In this document: positions 27,107-28,162 of the stretch, piece by piece
Position numbering within the stretch: position 1 is the first letter of the stretch
Layout: the number at the start of each line of letters is the position of its first letter
From: a virus
Lineage: Duplodnaviria; Caudoviricetes
Length of the DNA: 28,162 nt
IMG/VR virus record: IMGVR_UViG_3300032328_000687
Location: 1 to 28,162 of that record
Strand: one strand, 5' to 3'
The notes under the pieces: model-generated
Told to the model about the DNA's origin: nothing
The model's database searches: none
The model's input: the letters and a program-made list of their open reading frames with translations, nothing else
Translations under genes and position numbers: made by a program

Positions 27107-27850
27107 TTATAAGATTTTATCGTTTTTTAATCGATCTACAAGTTCAGATGTATTAAAAAACATCACGCATGGTGGTCTCTCGGGCTGCGGCCTCTCATCT
27201 AGTATTTGAATTCTTTTGATAGTGTCGATGTCATCAAGATATATGATCTCAGGAGCAGTTTTAAATGCAGCATCAATGAGTTTTTTAGAAATAAACGCAA
27301 CCCTCGATTCCTCATGTCTGAGATCAATGCCAATCACCGCCGGTAAAGACACACTTAAAGTTTCCAGTCCGTGATCAGTTTCACGGACTACTATAGCTCT
27401 GCCGAGCTGTATATCTATAGATTTAGAAAACATCACCTGTGGAATATTTGCTAATGCAGCAGTCATTTGTGCAATCTGACAACTAGCATGATCTTGGTTG
27501 TGTTTTCCAGTCAATACCAAGTCTATCTGTAATTGCTGCATGATATTTTTAATTGCTTTGGATAATGCCAATGGCTCTAAATTTTCATCAGTGGGTACAA
27601 GTATTGCACGATCGACACCTAGTGCTATAGCAATTTGTAATATCTTGGTTTTAGATAGTACAGGCCCGATGCTTACCGCGATAACTTCGTCGGCGAGTCC
27701 TCGTTCTTTCAATGATAATGCCGTAATAATTGCAATTTCATCAAAGTTGTTTATGGTTTTTTTAATATTAGAAAGATCAACTCTACCATTGCTAAATGTT
27801 ATTTTTTGTTGGAACTCCACAGATTCGGTAATCAGAACTAGTATTCTCAT
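27107..27850 (-). CDS. etfB: Electron transfer flavoprotein beta subunit (divergent)
   Basis: NNFDEIA, ALGVDRAILV, LEPLALSK, LTGK, VRETDHGLETL..SLPAVIGIDLR. Directly upstream of etfA. Confidence 0.9.
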   Translation of the reverse strand: MRILVLITESVEFQQKITFSNGRVDLSNIKKTINNFDEIAIITALSLKERGLADEVIAVSIGPVLSKTKILQIAIALGVDRAILVPTDENLEPLALSKAIKNIMQQLQIDLVLTGKHNQDHASCQIAQMTAALANIPQVMFSKSIDIQLGRAIVVRETDHGLETLSVSLPAVIGIDLRHEESRVAFISKKLIDAAFKTAPEIIYLDDIDTIKRIQILDERPQPERPPCVMFFNTSELVDRLKNDKIL

Positions 27851-28162
27851 CTATGACTCCTCAAAACTGCTTGTAACAGGGCCGCTCATGGCTTCCATTG
27901 AATGTTTTCCGGAGTTCTGTCTAGTCCATGAAGGATTGAGTCCATTCATCTCAAGAATGTCATCACGGATGTTCTGCATCTTCTTTTCGATGTTCAGGAT
28001 GCGAGTAAAGCTATTAGTGATAGCGGCAGTATAATACGCAAAAGGATTCTGCGATTTGGATTCATCAAACTGCAATCCAATCTGGCTCAACTGTAACAAT
28101 GCTTGCCCACGCATCTCTTCATTGTAAGTGTATCCGCGCCAGTTTGAGCGTGTGGCATAGCG
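27851..28162 (-). CDS. gp55: Late transcription sigma factor (gp55-like), 5' end outside the window
   Basis: Frame open to the window edge: NWRGYTYNEEM...FDESKSQNPFAYYT...F.RILNIEKK. Canonical gp55-gp47-gp46 gene order. Confidence 0.9.
   Translation of the reverse strand, partial: RYATRSNWRGYTYNEEMRGQALLQLSQIGLQFDESKSQNPFAYYTAAITNSFTRILNIEKKMQNIRDDILEMNGLNPSWTRQNSGKHSMEAMSGPVTSSFEES

Noticed and set aside
26163-27850. etfAB as flanking host chromosome (prophage boundary)
   Set aside because: The pair is bracketed on both sides by T4-like core genes (gp55 and gp47) and abuts the gp55 stop codon.
288-28034. Numerous short antisense or alternate-frame ORFs (e.g. 11259..11657, 24144..24572, 27498..28034)
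   Set aside because: They are shadows of well-supported genes with no recognisable motifs or expression signals.
1-28162. tRNA genes, stop-codon reassignment, introns or inteins in core genes
   Set aside because: No cloverleaf or T-loop motif was seen in the intergenic gaps. Core genes are full length, uninterrupted and of expected size in the standard code, and TAA, TAG and TGA are all used as stops.

Overview
Fragment of a T4-like (myovirus-type) bacteriophage genome in the standard genetic code, read mostly on the minus strand. Going right to left: gp55 late sigma factor (partial), etfB/etfA, gp47, two radical SAM genes and an SDR, gp46, a hypothetical gene, a B12-binding radical SAM, a minimal GIY-YIG nuclease followed by a ~390-nt highly structured non-coding region, gp26/gp51-like tail-hub genes (+ strand), a tape-measure-like gene, and the head module (portal, core proteins, gp21 protease, gp22 scaffold, gp23 capsid). 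Then come a methyltransferase, a repeat-built tail fibre with a lectin-like partner, a TPR glycosyltransferase (+ strand), a structural gene with a structured leader, and a gp9/gp10-like gene (partial). The best leads are four: (1) a candidate large ncRNA directly 3' of a catalytic-domain-only GIY-YIG nuclease; (2) a classic -1 frameshift signal fusing the gp26- and gp51-like genes, resembling lambda G/GT; (3) a phage-encoded, divergent EtfAB plus radical SAM enzymes interleaved in the gp55-47-46 region; (4) a riboswitch-like leader. All family assignments come from motif recognition by eye; no database searches or folding programs were run.
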